Source: Candidatus Liptonbacteria bacterium (lineage in GTDB: Bacteria; Patescibacteriota; Minisyncoccia; UBA6257; 2-01-FULL-56-20). From it: a stretch of 64,000 nt of DNA. Both the position numbers and the translations under genes were made by a program. Under the pieces are notes generated by a model. That model was not told the DNA's origin and did not search any database. It was given only the letters and a program-made list of their open reading frames with translations. Positions 39,001 to 45,699 of this stretch are shown piece after piece. How positions within the stretch are numbered: position 1 is the first letter of the stretch; every line of letters starts with the position of its first letter. The stretch is from contig JACQKT010000018.1 in the NCBI GenBank assembly GCA_016204355.1, forward strand, positions 4,987 to 68,986, read 5' to 3'.

Positions 39001-39438
39001 CATTGAGGCAATCTTGGCCCTTGTTATGGGACCGAAGTACCCCACAGCCGGTGAAACGCCGTTTGCAGCCTGCCATTTGGCAACCGCGGCCTGTGTCAGC
39101 GAACCAAAGTATGTAGTCTCATTGCCCGGCGAACCTGCGCCGCTCGCGGCAACTTGCGCGCCGTTGGCGTTGAGAAACTGCTGAAGAGCCCTTACGTCAT
39201 CTCCTGTCGAACCCACTGTGAGGCTGCGGGTGAAGTTGTATGAAGTAGTGACACCTCCTTGTGCTGAATTAAGCTGGGCCTGTAATTGCTGTATCTGCGC
39301 GAGCAGTGCGGCAATTTGAGCCTGTAAATCGGCGACCGACTGAGCCTGGGCAACTGGAACCAAGAGAAGCGCTCCTGACATCCACACACTGGTGGTGAGA
39401 GTAAGCGCCGCTGATGTTATTTTTTTGCTTGTGCTCAT
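36043..39438 (-). CDS. giant Ser/Thr/Gly/Ala-rich secreted surface protein with N-terminal peptidoglycan-binding domain
   Basis: Signal peptide, a QAQ coiled coil, a PG_binding_1-like block (GSTGDDVRALQQFLNANGA...VAKWQAANGV) and then about 950 aa of low-complexity T/S/G/A-rich predicted beta-repeats. Locally GC-rich. Confidence 0.7.
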   Translation of the reverse strand: MSTSKKITSAALTLTTSVWMSGALLLVPVAQAQSVADLQAQIAALLAQIQQLQAQLNSAQGGVTTSYNFTRSLTVGSTGDDVRALQQFLNANGAQVAASGAGSPGNETTYFGSLTQAAVAKWQAANGVSPAVGYFGPITRAKIASMGGTTGGTTGGGTTVPAPASGLKVSLSANNPAAGSLIAGSARNSILAVNLTAGTASGVTVSDLKFTKVGVVADNNITGAYLVEGGKVIAQYQSLSNGVLTFSGLGLNVAAGQTRELWLQVDISSSVNAGNTVSFQVASADSVSSMDASGNSITETGVPVNGNTFTMTTVSNPSIASITVASSSIGTSVTAGTQNNLVGAFTFTGANSKTYLKNIKFTVIGSANKADIRNVKLMVNGTQVGQTLAAVASDGSAYFDLSASPATVNTGANNVQVYADVMGSPSFNFQFEILNAYDVYAVDSQYNTPVTAGSNVGTQVSIKQGSITVTQDSSTPTGNIAKGQSGVTLAKFDFYAAGEPVKVKFLSFQLAFTGGTGNTLDSYIKNVHLDDDAGGQVGSTISSLTTTLSCTDGTESAATTTATKCFGNSSSPINYTIPANTTRVLSLRGDVQSGADFSTVTASLVASTNNNLQGLTSSQTANSGSATGAALTLATSQLTTAKNTAFGAPTYAANSTNRKIGSYALTASSAEGVSISNVSVQVLFGASMQNLKVMVGSTQFGSTQASLSANGTFAFSGAPFTVPSGGTTYVDVYADLLSNASGTLTTATTLSSCTGSGATSYTSVTCTSTAGQNVAIAGQPAITISADSSNPSANQIVMGSTGNNLAAFLVTETSNADDVKVTDLRLTDSVSATSTSTGFQNLCLYNGASQLGCAGSAGVNGTSTTYTYTFHFASPVTITKSNSVVLTLKGDVASFSSSGAIDNEAHTFKFDTSGDPSNDTAAELVTVLGQTSNATATVATSSPNGNAQTLLRTKLTLTGTANGVTTGRAKSATDDIGLLNFAADSAGALKLQSITVTFSGSGPSTTNFFNATSTGNSSVATCTTCYVTLYDSANGRSYYAVASTTTSLSFDLNNYTISAGSSKSFTLRINSSQTGVMGAAQNGVSQTLSATISAAGNVIWTDAVSGGVTGLNVPATTIPITVNSVSYAAGS

Positions 39439-39458
39439 TTGGTAATTTTTTTTCGACT

Positions 39459-39731
39459 TTATCCTCCCAACTTTTTGGACTTCAAGTAGCGTTTTAGGAC
39501 TCGATTAAGGTAATTTTTGCCCCAGCCGGTTTTAAGAAATTTTTCCCTGGCAAATGCGTCTTGTTGATTAAGAAAAATTTCTGAGTAAATTAGCTTGAGT
39601 GGTATCCTATTTTTTGTTGAGTAAACGCCGCCTGAATTATGCAATCTCAACCTCTTGGTTAAATTATTTGTGCACCCAACATAGTTATGCCCACCAGCCC
39701 CGCTTTTCAAAACGTAAACGAAGTGCGGCAC
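39459..39731 (-). CDS. GIY-YIG nuclease domain protein (90 aa)
   Basis: HFVYVLKSGAGGHNYVGCTNNLTKRLRLHNSGG matches the GIY-...-YVG core. GTG start. Confidence 0.8.
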   Translation of the reverse strand: MPHFVYVLKSGAGGHNYVGCTNNLTKRLRLHNSGGVYSTKNRIPLKLIYSEIFLNQQDAFAREKFLKTGWGKNYLNRVLKRYLKSKKLGG

Positions 39732-39753
39732 GGGTCCAAAAAGTTGGGAGGAT
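39461..39753. repeat. perfect 20-bp inverted repeats bracketing the GIY-YIG ORF
   Basis: ATCCTCCCAACTTTTTGGAC at 39461-39480 (overlapping the last codons and stop) and its exact reverse complement GTCCAAAAAGTTGGGAGGAT at 39734-39753 (3 nt upstream of the GTG start). Confidence 0.6.
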
Positions 39754-39789
39754 TAATTTTAATTTTTTCGTTTATCGACCTAGTTTATA

Positions 39790-40227
39790 GGACGTCGACC
39801 TTTTCTTAATTTATTTTTTTCTGGACCCCATCATTGCTTTTATATCGACCGTCGTCTTCTAGTGAGGTTAGAGACGGAGATTTTAAAAGCCGATGGTTTG
39901 GTATCTAAAAAAATGAAAAACTCGCTTTTGGAGCGAGGCATCATCTGCGCAATGACTTAAAACTTAGGCAATGATTTCAAGGAATCATTGTCATTAGCCA
40001 CAGCACCCCTGCCGATGCAGGGTTGATTCAGCCTCACTCTGAATCAGTGCGTCCCTTTTACGGGAGCGCTGTTTTTATCGTTTTTATACTATACTACAAA
40101 GCCGAAAAGGCGAGTTGTGGATAACTCCGATGCTCGATAAACGAAACCGGAGTCCAACTCCCATCGGACTTGCCTTCCTGTTTTCAGCATATATTACAAC
40201 GGTAACAGCCAAAAAAGGGTTACTTGG
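39790..40227 (-). other. gene-free structured segment, candidate ncRNA or long 3' UTR (unclassified)
   Basis: About 440 bp with no ORF of 60 aa or more in a dense genome. Several 6-8-bp hairpins. A minus-strand intrinsic terminator lies at about 39907-39937. Confidence 0.25.
39907..39937 (-). terminator. intrinsic terminator inside the gene-free segment
   Basis: CTCGCT-tttgg-AGCGAG hairpin followed on the minus strand by UUUUUCAUUUUUUU. Confidence 0.45.
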
Positions 40228-40965
40228 CTAAAAGCTGTTTATGGGCGCTGACGGGGCAGGCAACTCTATTATTCCGCTTTCTTTGGCGGTGAGACGGTAA
40301 ATGCTGTTTTTGCGACTTCCTACTCTTTCAACGGTTCCCTTCAAAATGAGTGACTCGAGATCATAGCGGAGAGTTCTGTCGCTGACTTCGGTAAATACCG
40401 ACTGCAGCTCGTTCAAGCGGCAGTTTTCCATTTCTCTAAGCTTTTCCACTATAGCCAGTTGTCTTGATTCGGATTTATCGGAAATTTTATCGGAAAAAGA
40501 CTTATCGGAAATTTCCGATACAGTTTTTTGGTCAATTTCCGATAAATCTGCCGTTTTCGGAGATGTATTGGCAATCTGCTTCTTATTCGGCAATCCCGAT
40601 TTTGAAAAAACTTTTCCGAGATTCAAATCCGGTAAAATACCCTTTTTCGGCACTGCGCGTATAGCAAGCGTTACATTTTCCGATTCTCTCATCAGAACTT
40701 CCCTGTTTATCGGATTCAGGATACCGCCGTCAACCATGAGCCCGACGAGGCTTATTATCGAACTCGATATAATTCCCGTTCTTTCGTAATCGGAAGTCAA
40801 AACGGAATCGAGCAGAAAAAATGCCTTGCTTTCAAGCAGTCCGGCGATTTCTTTACTTTTTGCCGATGAAGCTATGCTCAATGTGGCATAGGCAAATTCG
40901 TAAGTTTTTTTGTAAAGAAAGTCTTCCTGTATGCTCTTTGTCATCCGAAACATTATTAACGGCAA
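40228..40965 (-). CDS. hypothetical protein with C-terminal winged-helix (DeoR-like) DNA-binding domain
   Basis: C-terminus LAIVEKLREMENCRLNELQSVFTEVSDRTLRYDLESL resembles a DeoR-type HTH. Helical N-terminal domain. Internal low-complexity (I/F)SDKS repeats. Confidence 0.45.
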   Translation of the reverse strand: MPLIMFRMTKSIQEDFLYKKTYEFAYATLSIASSAKSKEIAGLLESKAFFLLDSVLTSDYERTGIISSSIISLVGLMVDGGILNPINREVLMRESENVTLAIRAVPKKGILPDLNLGKVFSKSGLPNKKQIANTSPKTADLSEIDQKTVSEISDKSFSDKISDKSESRQLAIVEKLREMENCRLNELQSVFTEVSDRTLRYDLESLILKGTVERVGSRKNSIYRLTAKESGIIELPAPSAPINSF

Positions 40966-41084
40966 CGATGCCCGGTGTCAACTCCGCCCTGTCCCCCGTT
41001 ATTTATGTTTGTTATTGGAAACAAAAAACCGTCCTTGGTCGTTTATCGGAAAACCGACCTCTTTTTAAATAATTTGTAACGGAA

Positions 41085-41915
41085 CTAATGACCAAACTTT
41101 TTCAGTATTTTTTCGGCATTTCTGAATTTTTCCAGGGTTCCGCAGTCAAAACGTTTGCCTTTAAGCTCCCACCCATAAATTTTTTTCCCTGTAATAAGCT
41201 CTATCTGAAGGGCGACATTTATAGGAATCGAATCGGGAGCGGCGTTTGGCAACGATTCCGCTACTTTTATGAGATTACGGAGAACGGTCGGCATCAAAAC
41301 GTATCCCCCGACTATTATAAGGTTCGAAGGGGCGGATTTTACCGAAGGTTTTTCCACTACGCCGGCGACCTCATAAACTTTGCCTTCTACTCCCTTTATT
41401 TTTAATGAACCTCTGAGCTTTACAACCCCGAAACGGCTGACTTGATTTCTTGGAATTCGTTCAAGGAGAATTGCCGACGAATTGCGCTTCTCGAATATTT
41501 TCATAAGGGAAGAAAGAGGAGATGTTTCCGAAACTATAACATCATCGCAAAAACGAACGGCGAACGGCTCGTTTTTCAAAATGTCGGAAGCCGAAATGAG
41601 GGCATGGCCGTTTCCTGCAGGAATTTCCTGAAAACGTATGCGGAAACGGAGAGAGGGAAATTTTTTCCTGGCTTCCTTCATGTATTTCTCGAAATAATGT
41701 TCTATTTTTGGATTTATTATCAAAATGACTTCTTTTATCCCCGATTCGATGGCTTCTTCCAGGACATATTCAATCAACGGCTTCCCATTGACCCTGAGAA
41801 GATTTTTGGGGGTTTTTCTGGTAAGAGGCATCAACCTTTTGCCAAGGCCTGCTAGGGGCAACACGAGCTTCGTTATTTTTTTCATTTGCTTCTTATTTTC
41901 CGACATTTTACGCAC
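41085..41915 (-). CDS. sugar-1-phosphate nucleotidyltransferase (GalU-like UTP--glucose-1-phosphate uridylyltransferase)
   Basis: LPLAGLGKRLMPLTRKTPKNLLRVNGKPLIEY matches the AGLGTR...P.TK..PKE.L....KP.IQY signature. Confidence 0.65.
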   Translation of the reverse strand: MRKMSENKKQMKKITKLVLPLAGLGKRLMPLTRKTPKNLLRVNGKPLIEYVLEEAIESGIKEVILIINPKIEHYFEKYMKEARKKFPSLRFRIRFQEIPAGNGHALISASDILKNEPFAVRFCDDVIVSETSPLSSLMKIFEKRNSSAILLERIPRNQVSRFGVVKLRGSLKIKGVEGKVYEVAGVVEKPSVKSAPSNLIIVGGYVLMPTVLRNLIKVAESLPNAAPDSIPINVALQIELITGKKIYGWELKGKRFDCGTLEKFRNAEKILKKFGH

Positions 41916-41969
41916 AATTACATTAAAACTTGGTTAATTATAGCTTCGCCGCCAGCCTGCTTCCAGCAA

Positions 41970-42674
41970 TCACAATCCCCAATTCGCGGACGCGAGCATC
42001 ACCGCGGTCACCGTGAAAAATATCGAAAAATCTCCTAGCATCTTTCTCTTATTCAAAGTCCCGTTGAGATGCTCCAGAAAAATGTCGGTCAAAATTACCG
42101 AAGACAAGAACAAAAGAGCTGTCTGATAGAAATAATTAAGCGGAAGGAAAAGCGCAATTATGAAGGCCTGCCATATGAGAAAAGCCCCCAAACCCGCCAT
42201 TAAATTTATTTTACGCCTGTCGCGCTCGACGCAATAATCGCAGAGTTCCCTAAACAGAAAGAAAAACGACAACGCTACGGCGGGCGAAACGATGGAAATA
42301 AACCATTTCTGCCAATTTTCGAAATGAGAGAAAGCTCCGAAAAAAATCACGAAAAGAAGGAGAAAAACCATCATCTGGTGGTTTTCATAACGGTTTACGA
42401 AAATAAGATTTTTTATGCCGAGAATCAAAAAGAAAAGTATGCCGAGAAAAACCGCAAACCAAAAACCCTGCGGAATGTAAAGCGATGCCGCCAGCGTGAG
42501 AACAAACGGGACCAAAAGTTTAAACGGCTGGAAAAACGGCGTGAAATAAAAATACAGGCCTACTAAAAAAACCGCCCAGAATGGCAGTAAAAGCCAGCTT
42601 GCGCCGAATGCGCAGGCTTTAAGTATTAAAGACCAGGGAGTCCGATTTAAAGTTGACTTTAACTTTTCCTCCAT
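41970..42674 (-). CDS. polytopic membrane protein, hypothetical
   Basis: 234 aa, about 7 hydrophobic helices. ORF start overlaps the clpB 3' end, so the real start is probably internal. Confidence 0.45.
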   Translation of the reverse strand: MEEKLKSTLNRTPWSLILKACAFGASWLLLPFWAVFLVGLYFYFTPFFQPFKLLVPFVLTLAASLYIPQGFWFAVFLGILFFLILGIKNLIFVNRYENHQMMVFLLLFVIFFGAFSHFENWQKWFISIVSPAVALSFFFLFRELCDYCVERDRRKINLMAGLGAFLIWQAFIIALFLPLNYFYQTALLFLSSVILTDIFLEHLNGTLNKRKMLGDFSIFFTVTAVMLASANWGL

Positions 42675-45273
42675 CTTTAAGTTCGCCGCGGATTATTTTG
42701 TCCGCAAGCGTGTCCAAAATCAGTTTCTGAATCAGTCTTTTCAGCGGTCTGGCGCCGAATTCCGGGTCGAATCCCTGTGCCGCAAGGTACTTCTTTGCGG
42801 CAGGATCAATCGTTATTTTTATCTTCTTTTCTTCAAGCCTCTTTCCTATCTGGGCAAGTTGTATGTCGACTATCTTTTCTATGTTCTCAGGGCGGAGCGG
42901 GTTGAAAATTATTATTTCGTCGATCCGGTTCAAAAATTCCGGGCGGAAACTATCGCGAAGCGCATTTTTTATTTTCCCGCGATAATTCTGTTCGTCTTCT
43001 TCCTTGCTGCTTTCATCGGAAGAACTGAATCCGAGCCCAGAAATAGCCCGTATGTACTGGCTGCCGACATTGGATGTCATTATTATTATCGAATTTTTGA
43101 AGTTGACGAACTTGCCCTTGCTGTCGGTGAGCCGCCCATTGTCGAGTATCTGGAGCAAAAGATTGAAAACCTCCGGATGGGCTTTTTCTATCTCGTCGAA
43201 AAGTATCAGGCTGTAGGGTCGATGCCTGATAATTTCCGTCAGCTGCCCGCCCTCTTCGTGTCCGACGTACCCAGGCGGCGAACCTATAAGCCGGCTTATA
43301 GAATGCCGCTCCATGTATTCGGACATATCTATTCTCACCAGGGCTTTTTCGTCGTTGAACATGAACTCCGCGAGAGCGCGCGCGAGTTCCGTTTTACCGA
43401 CTCCGGTCGGTCCCAAAAACATGAACGAGCCGAGAGGGCGGTTTATGTCGGAAAGGCCGGCACGGGCCCGTCTCAAGGCGCTTGCAACCGACTGTATCGC
43501 CTCGTCCTGCCCTACAACTCTATCGTGAAGTTCTTCCTCTATTTTGACCAGTTTTTCGCTTTCGGTTTCGAGCATTCTGTAAAGAGGTATGCCTGTCCAG
43601 GAGGAAACGACTGCGGCGACATCTTCCTTGTCGACCGCTTCCTTCAAAAATTGCCTGTCGCTTTCGGTGTTTTTCGAGCCCCGCCTTGTTTTCATGCCGA
43701 CAAAATTTTTCTTTTCGAAAGCCTCGAAATCCTTTTGCGCCTGAGGCAATTCTCCGTAAGTTATCTGGGCGAGGCGCTCGAGATTTCCTTCCCTTTCGGC
43801 GATTTCGGCTTCACGTTTCAGATTTTCAACTTTTTGGCGCAGCTGGTGAAGGGTTTCGAATTTTATTTTTTCCGCGTGCCATTTCGAAGAAAGTTCATCA
43901 TTCTCTTCTTTGTATTTTTTGAGTTCCGAATTTATTTTCTTAAGCCGCTCGGAATTTTTTGCGCTTCCCTCTTTCGAAAGCGCCTGTTTTTCGACTTCGA
44001 GTTTCGTTATTTCCCTGCGAACACGGTCTATCTCGGTCGGCAGGCTCTCGGTCTCGAGACGCCTTGCGGAAGCGGCTTCGTCGATCAGGTCCACCGCTTT
44101 GTCAGGAAGAAATCTGTCGGTTATGTATCTTGCAGAAAGCTGGACTGCGGCCGTAATCGCCTCGTCGCTTATCCGGAGTCCGTGATGTATCTCATATTTT
44201 TCCTTGAGCCCGCGTAGTATCGAAACGCTGTCTTCCAGGCTCGGTTCTTCGACGATTATCGGCTGAAGCCTTCTCTCGAGCGCCGGGTCTTTTTCTATAT
44301 AGCGTTGGTATTCGCGGATTGTCGTGGCGCCGATGCAATGCAATTCTCCTCTTGCCAGCGCCGGTTTCAGAAGATTTGAAGCATCCACGGCTCCTTCGGC
44401 GGCTCCGGCTCCGACTATAGTGTGGATTTCGTCTATAAAAAGTATAAGCTGGCCGCTGGCGTTTTTTATTTCCTTTATAAAGGCCTTGAGCCTGTCTTCG
44501 AACTCGCCCCGGAATTTCGTTCCGGCTATGAGCGCTCCGAGATCAAGCATTGTTATCTGTTTGTCTTTAAGCGGCTCGGGAACTTCGCCTGCCACAATTT
44601 TTTGTGCCAATCCTTCGACAATCGCCGTTTTCCCTACACCCGGCTCGCCTATAAGAACCGGATTGTTTTTGGTACGCCTGCTCAAAACCTGTATAACGCG
44701 CCTTAATTCCGATTCCCGCCCTATAACGGGGTCCAGCTGCCCGGATTTGGCCTTTTCCGTCAGATTTATCGCGTATTTTTCGAGAACCTGGAACTTGCTT
44801 TCCGGCGTTTCGTCTGTAACTCTGACCGAGCCGCGAAGCTGGGCGAGAACGCGTATCATCGATTCGCGTTTTATTCCGAAGCGGCCGAGAATTTGCTGCG
44901 CCAAAGAATCGACGTCGAGAATTGCCAACAAAAGATGTTCGCACGAAATAAATTCGTCTTTTTGCTGGGATGCGATTTTTGCCGCCTGGTCGAGCACTCG
45001 CATCAATTCCTGAGAAAGATAAAGTTGTCCGACATTGGAACCGCTTACCATTTTCGGCAGGCGGTTCATTTCGGCTTCGAGCTCCCGATGAAGCTTTTCG
45101 AGATTTACTCCCGAACGCAGCAGCATCGGCTGAACGAGCGACTGTTGGTCCTCCAGCAAACTTTCCAGAAGATGCATCGCTTTCAGTTCGCCGTGGCTTT
45201 TTTGCGCCGCAAGCTCCTGCGCATTCTGAAGCGCTTCCTGGGCCTTAATTGTAAAACGGTGAAAATTCGGCAT
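42619..45273 (-). CDS. clpB: ATP-dependent chaperone ClpB
   Basis: Clp N-domain repeats, two AAA+ modules (GEPGVGKTAIVEGLA; GPTGVGKTELARALA) separated by a long coiled-coil M-domain. Confidence 0.9.
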   Translation of the reverse strand: MPNFHRFTIKAQEALQNAQELAAQKSHGELKAMHLLESLLEDQQSLVQPMLLRSGVNLEKLHRELEAEMNRLPKMVSGSNVGQLYLSQELMRVLDQAAKIASQQKDEFISCEHLLLAILDVDSLAQQILGRFGIKRESMIRVLAQLRGSVRVTDETPESKFQVLEKYAINLTEKAKSGQLDPVIGRESELRRVIQVLSRRTKNNPVLIGEPGVGKTAIVEGLAQKIVAGEVPEPLKDKQITMLDLGALIAGTKFRGEFEDRLKAFIKEIKNASGQLILFIDEIHTIVGAGAAEGAVDASNLLKPALARGELHCIGATTIREYQRYIEKDPALERRLQPIIVEEPSLEDSVSILRGLKEKYEIHHGLRISDEAITAAVQLSARYITDRFLPDKAVDLIDEAASARRLETESLPTEIDRVRREITKLEVEKQALSKEGSAKNSERLKKINSELKKYKEENDELSSKWHAEKIKFETLHQLRQKVENLKREAEIAEREGNLERLAQITYGELPQAQKDFEAFEKKNFVGMKTRRGSKNTESDRQFLKEAVDKEDVAAVVSSWTGIPLYRMLETESEKLVKIEEELHDRVVGQDEAIQSVASALRRARAGLSDINRPLGSFMFLGPTGVGKTELARALAEFMFNDEKALVRIDMSEYMERHSISRLIGSPPGYVGHEEGGQLTEIIRHRPYSLILFDEIEKAHPEVFNLLLQILDNGRLTDSKGKFVNFKNSIIIMTSNVGSQYIRAISGLGFSSSDESSKEEDEQNYRGKIKNALRDSFRPEFLNRIDEIIIFNPLRPENIEKIVDIQLAQIGKRLEEKKIKITIDPAAKKYLAAQGFDPEFGARPLKRLIQKLILDTLADKIIRGELKDGGKVKVNFKSDSLVFNT

Positions 45274-45282
45274 AAGTTTACG

Positions 45283-45384
45283 AAGTACGAATAATTACGA
45301 AAATACGAATTTTGCGGCGCTAATAACTTTGTTGAAGTTATTCGTATTTTCGTACTTGATTAGCAATTTCGTAAATGTACGGTA
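45283..45384. repeat. palindromic TACGAAT-family element upstream of clpB
   Basis: TACGAAAATACGAAT (45296-45310) is the reverse complement of ATTCGTATTTTCGTA (45340-45354). Inner hairpin AATAACTT-tgttg-AAGTTATT. Shares ATTCGTATTTTCGTAC and TTCGTAAATG with the 47612 element. Confidence 0.55.
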
Positions 45385-45648
45385 TCACGAATTCGGGCGT
45401 TTTTCAAGGGTCGCATTCACGGTCATTTCATTTTCGTCGCGCAATATTTTAATTGTAATCGTTTCTCCCACTCTCAGGTCCGAGATAGCGCTCCCGAGCG
45501 GATTGTAGGGTTGAGCGTTGCTTTGGCTTTGCGCTTCCTGCGAAGAAGTGGCGCTTTTTCCGGTAAAAGGAGAAATGAAATCATTCCAGAGGTCGTTAAA
45601 AAAGTTTGCGTTGGCAAGCGGCGCCGAGAGAACGGGCGCCATGATCAT
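45385..45648 (-). CDS. PDZ-domain fragment (possible remnant of an HtrA-type protease gene)
   Basis: 87-aa ORF whose C-terminal 35 aa (ISDLRVGETITIKILRDENEMTVNATLEKRP) look like the end of a PDZ domain. No protease domain upstream. Confidence 0.3.
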   Translation of the reverse strand: MIMAPVLSAPLANANFFNDLWNDFISPFTGKSATSSQEAQSQSNAQPYNPLGSAISDLRVGETITIKILRDENEMTVNATLEKRPNS

Positions 45649-45699
45649 TCCCGCAAAAATTCCCGCCGCAAGAACTAAAATCGTTTTTTGTCGAAATCA

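Noticed and set aside
36071-39184. Numerous plus-strand ORFs (up to 281 aa) inside the 36043..39438 region
   Set aside because: They are artefacts of the GC-rich, codon-biased T/S/G/A-rich gene on the minus strand. Their Arg/Ala/Gly-rich translations lack starts with RBS and show no coherent domain.
39790-40227. The gene-free segment as tmRNA, RNase P RNA, SRP RNA or 6S RNA
   Set aside because: No GGUUCGAUUCC-type tRNA-like 3' domain, no GGAAAGUCCGG / ACAGAACCCGGCUUA RNase P blocks, no GGUCCGGAAGGAAGCAGC SRP domain-IV motif. Only a loose AGGAAGGCAAGUCCG resemblance. Left as unclassified.
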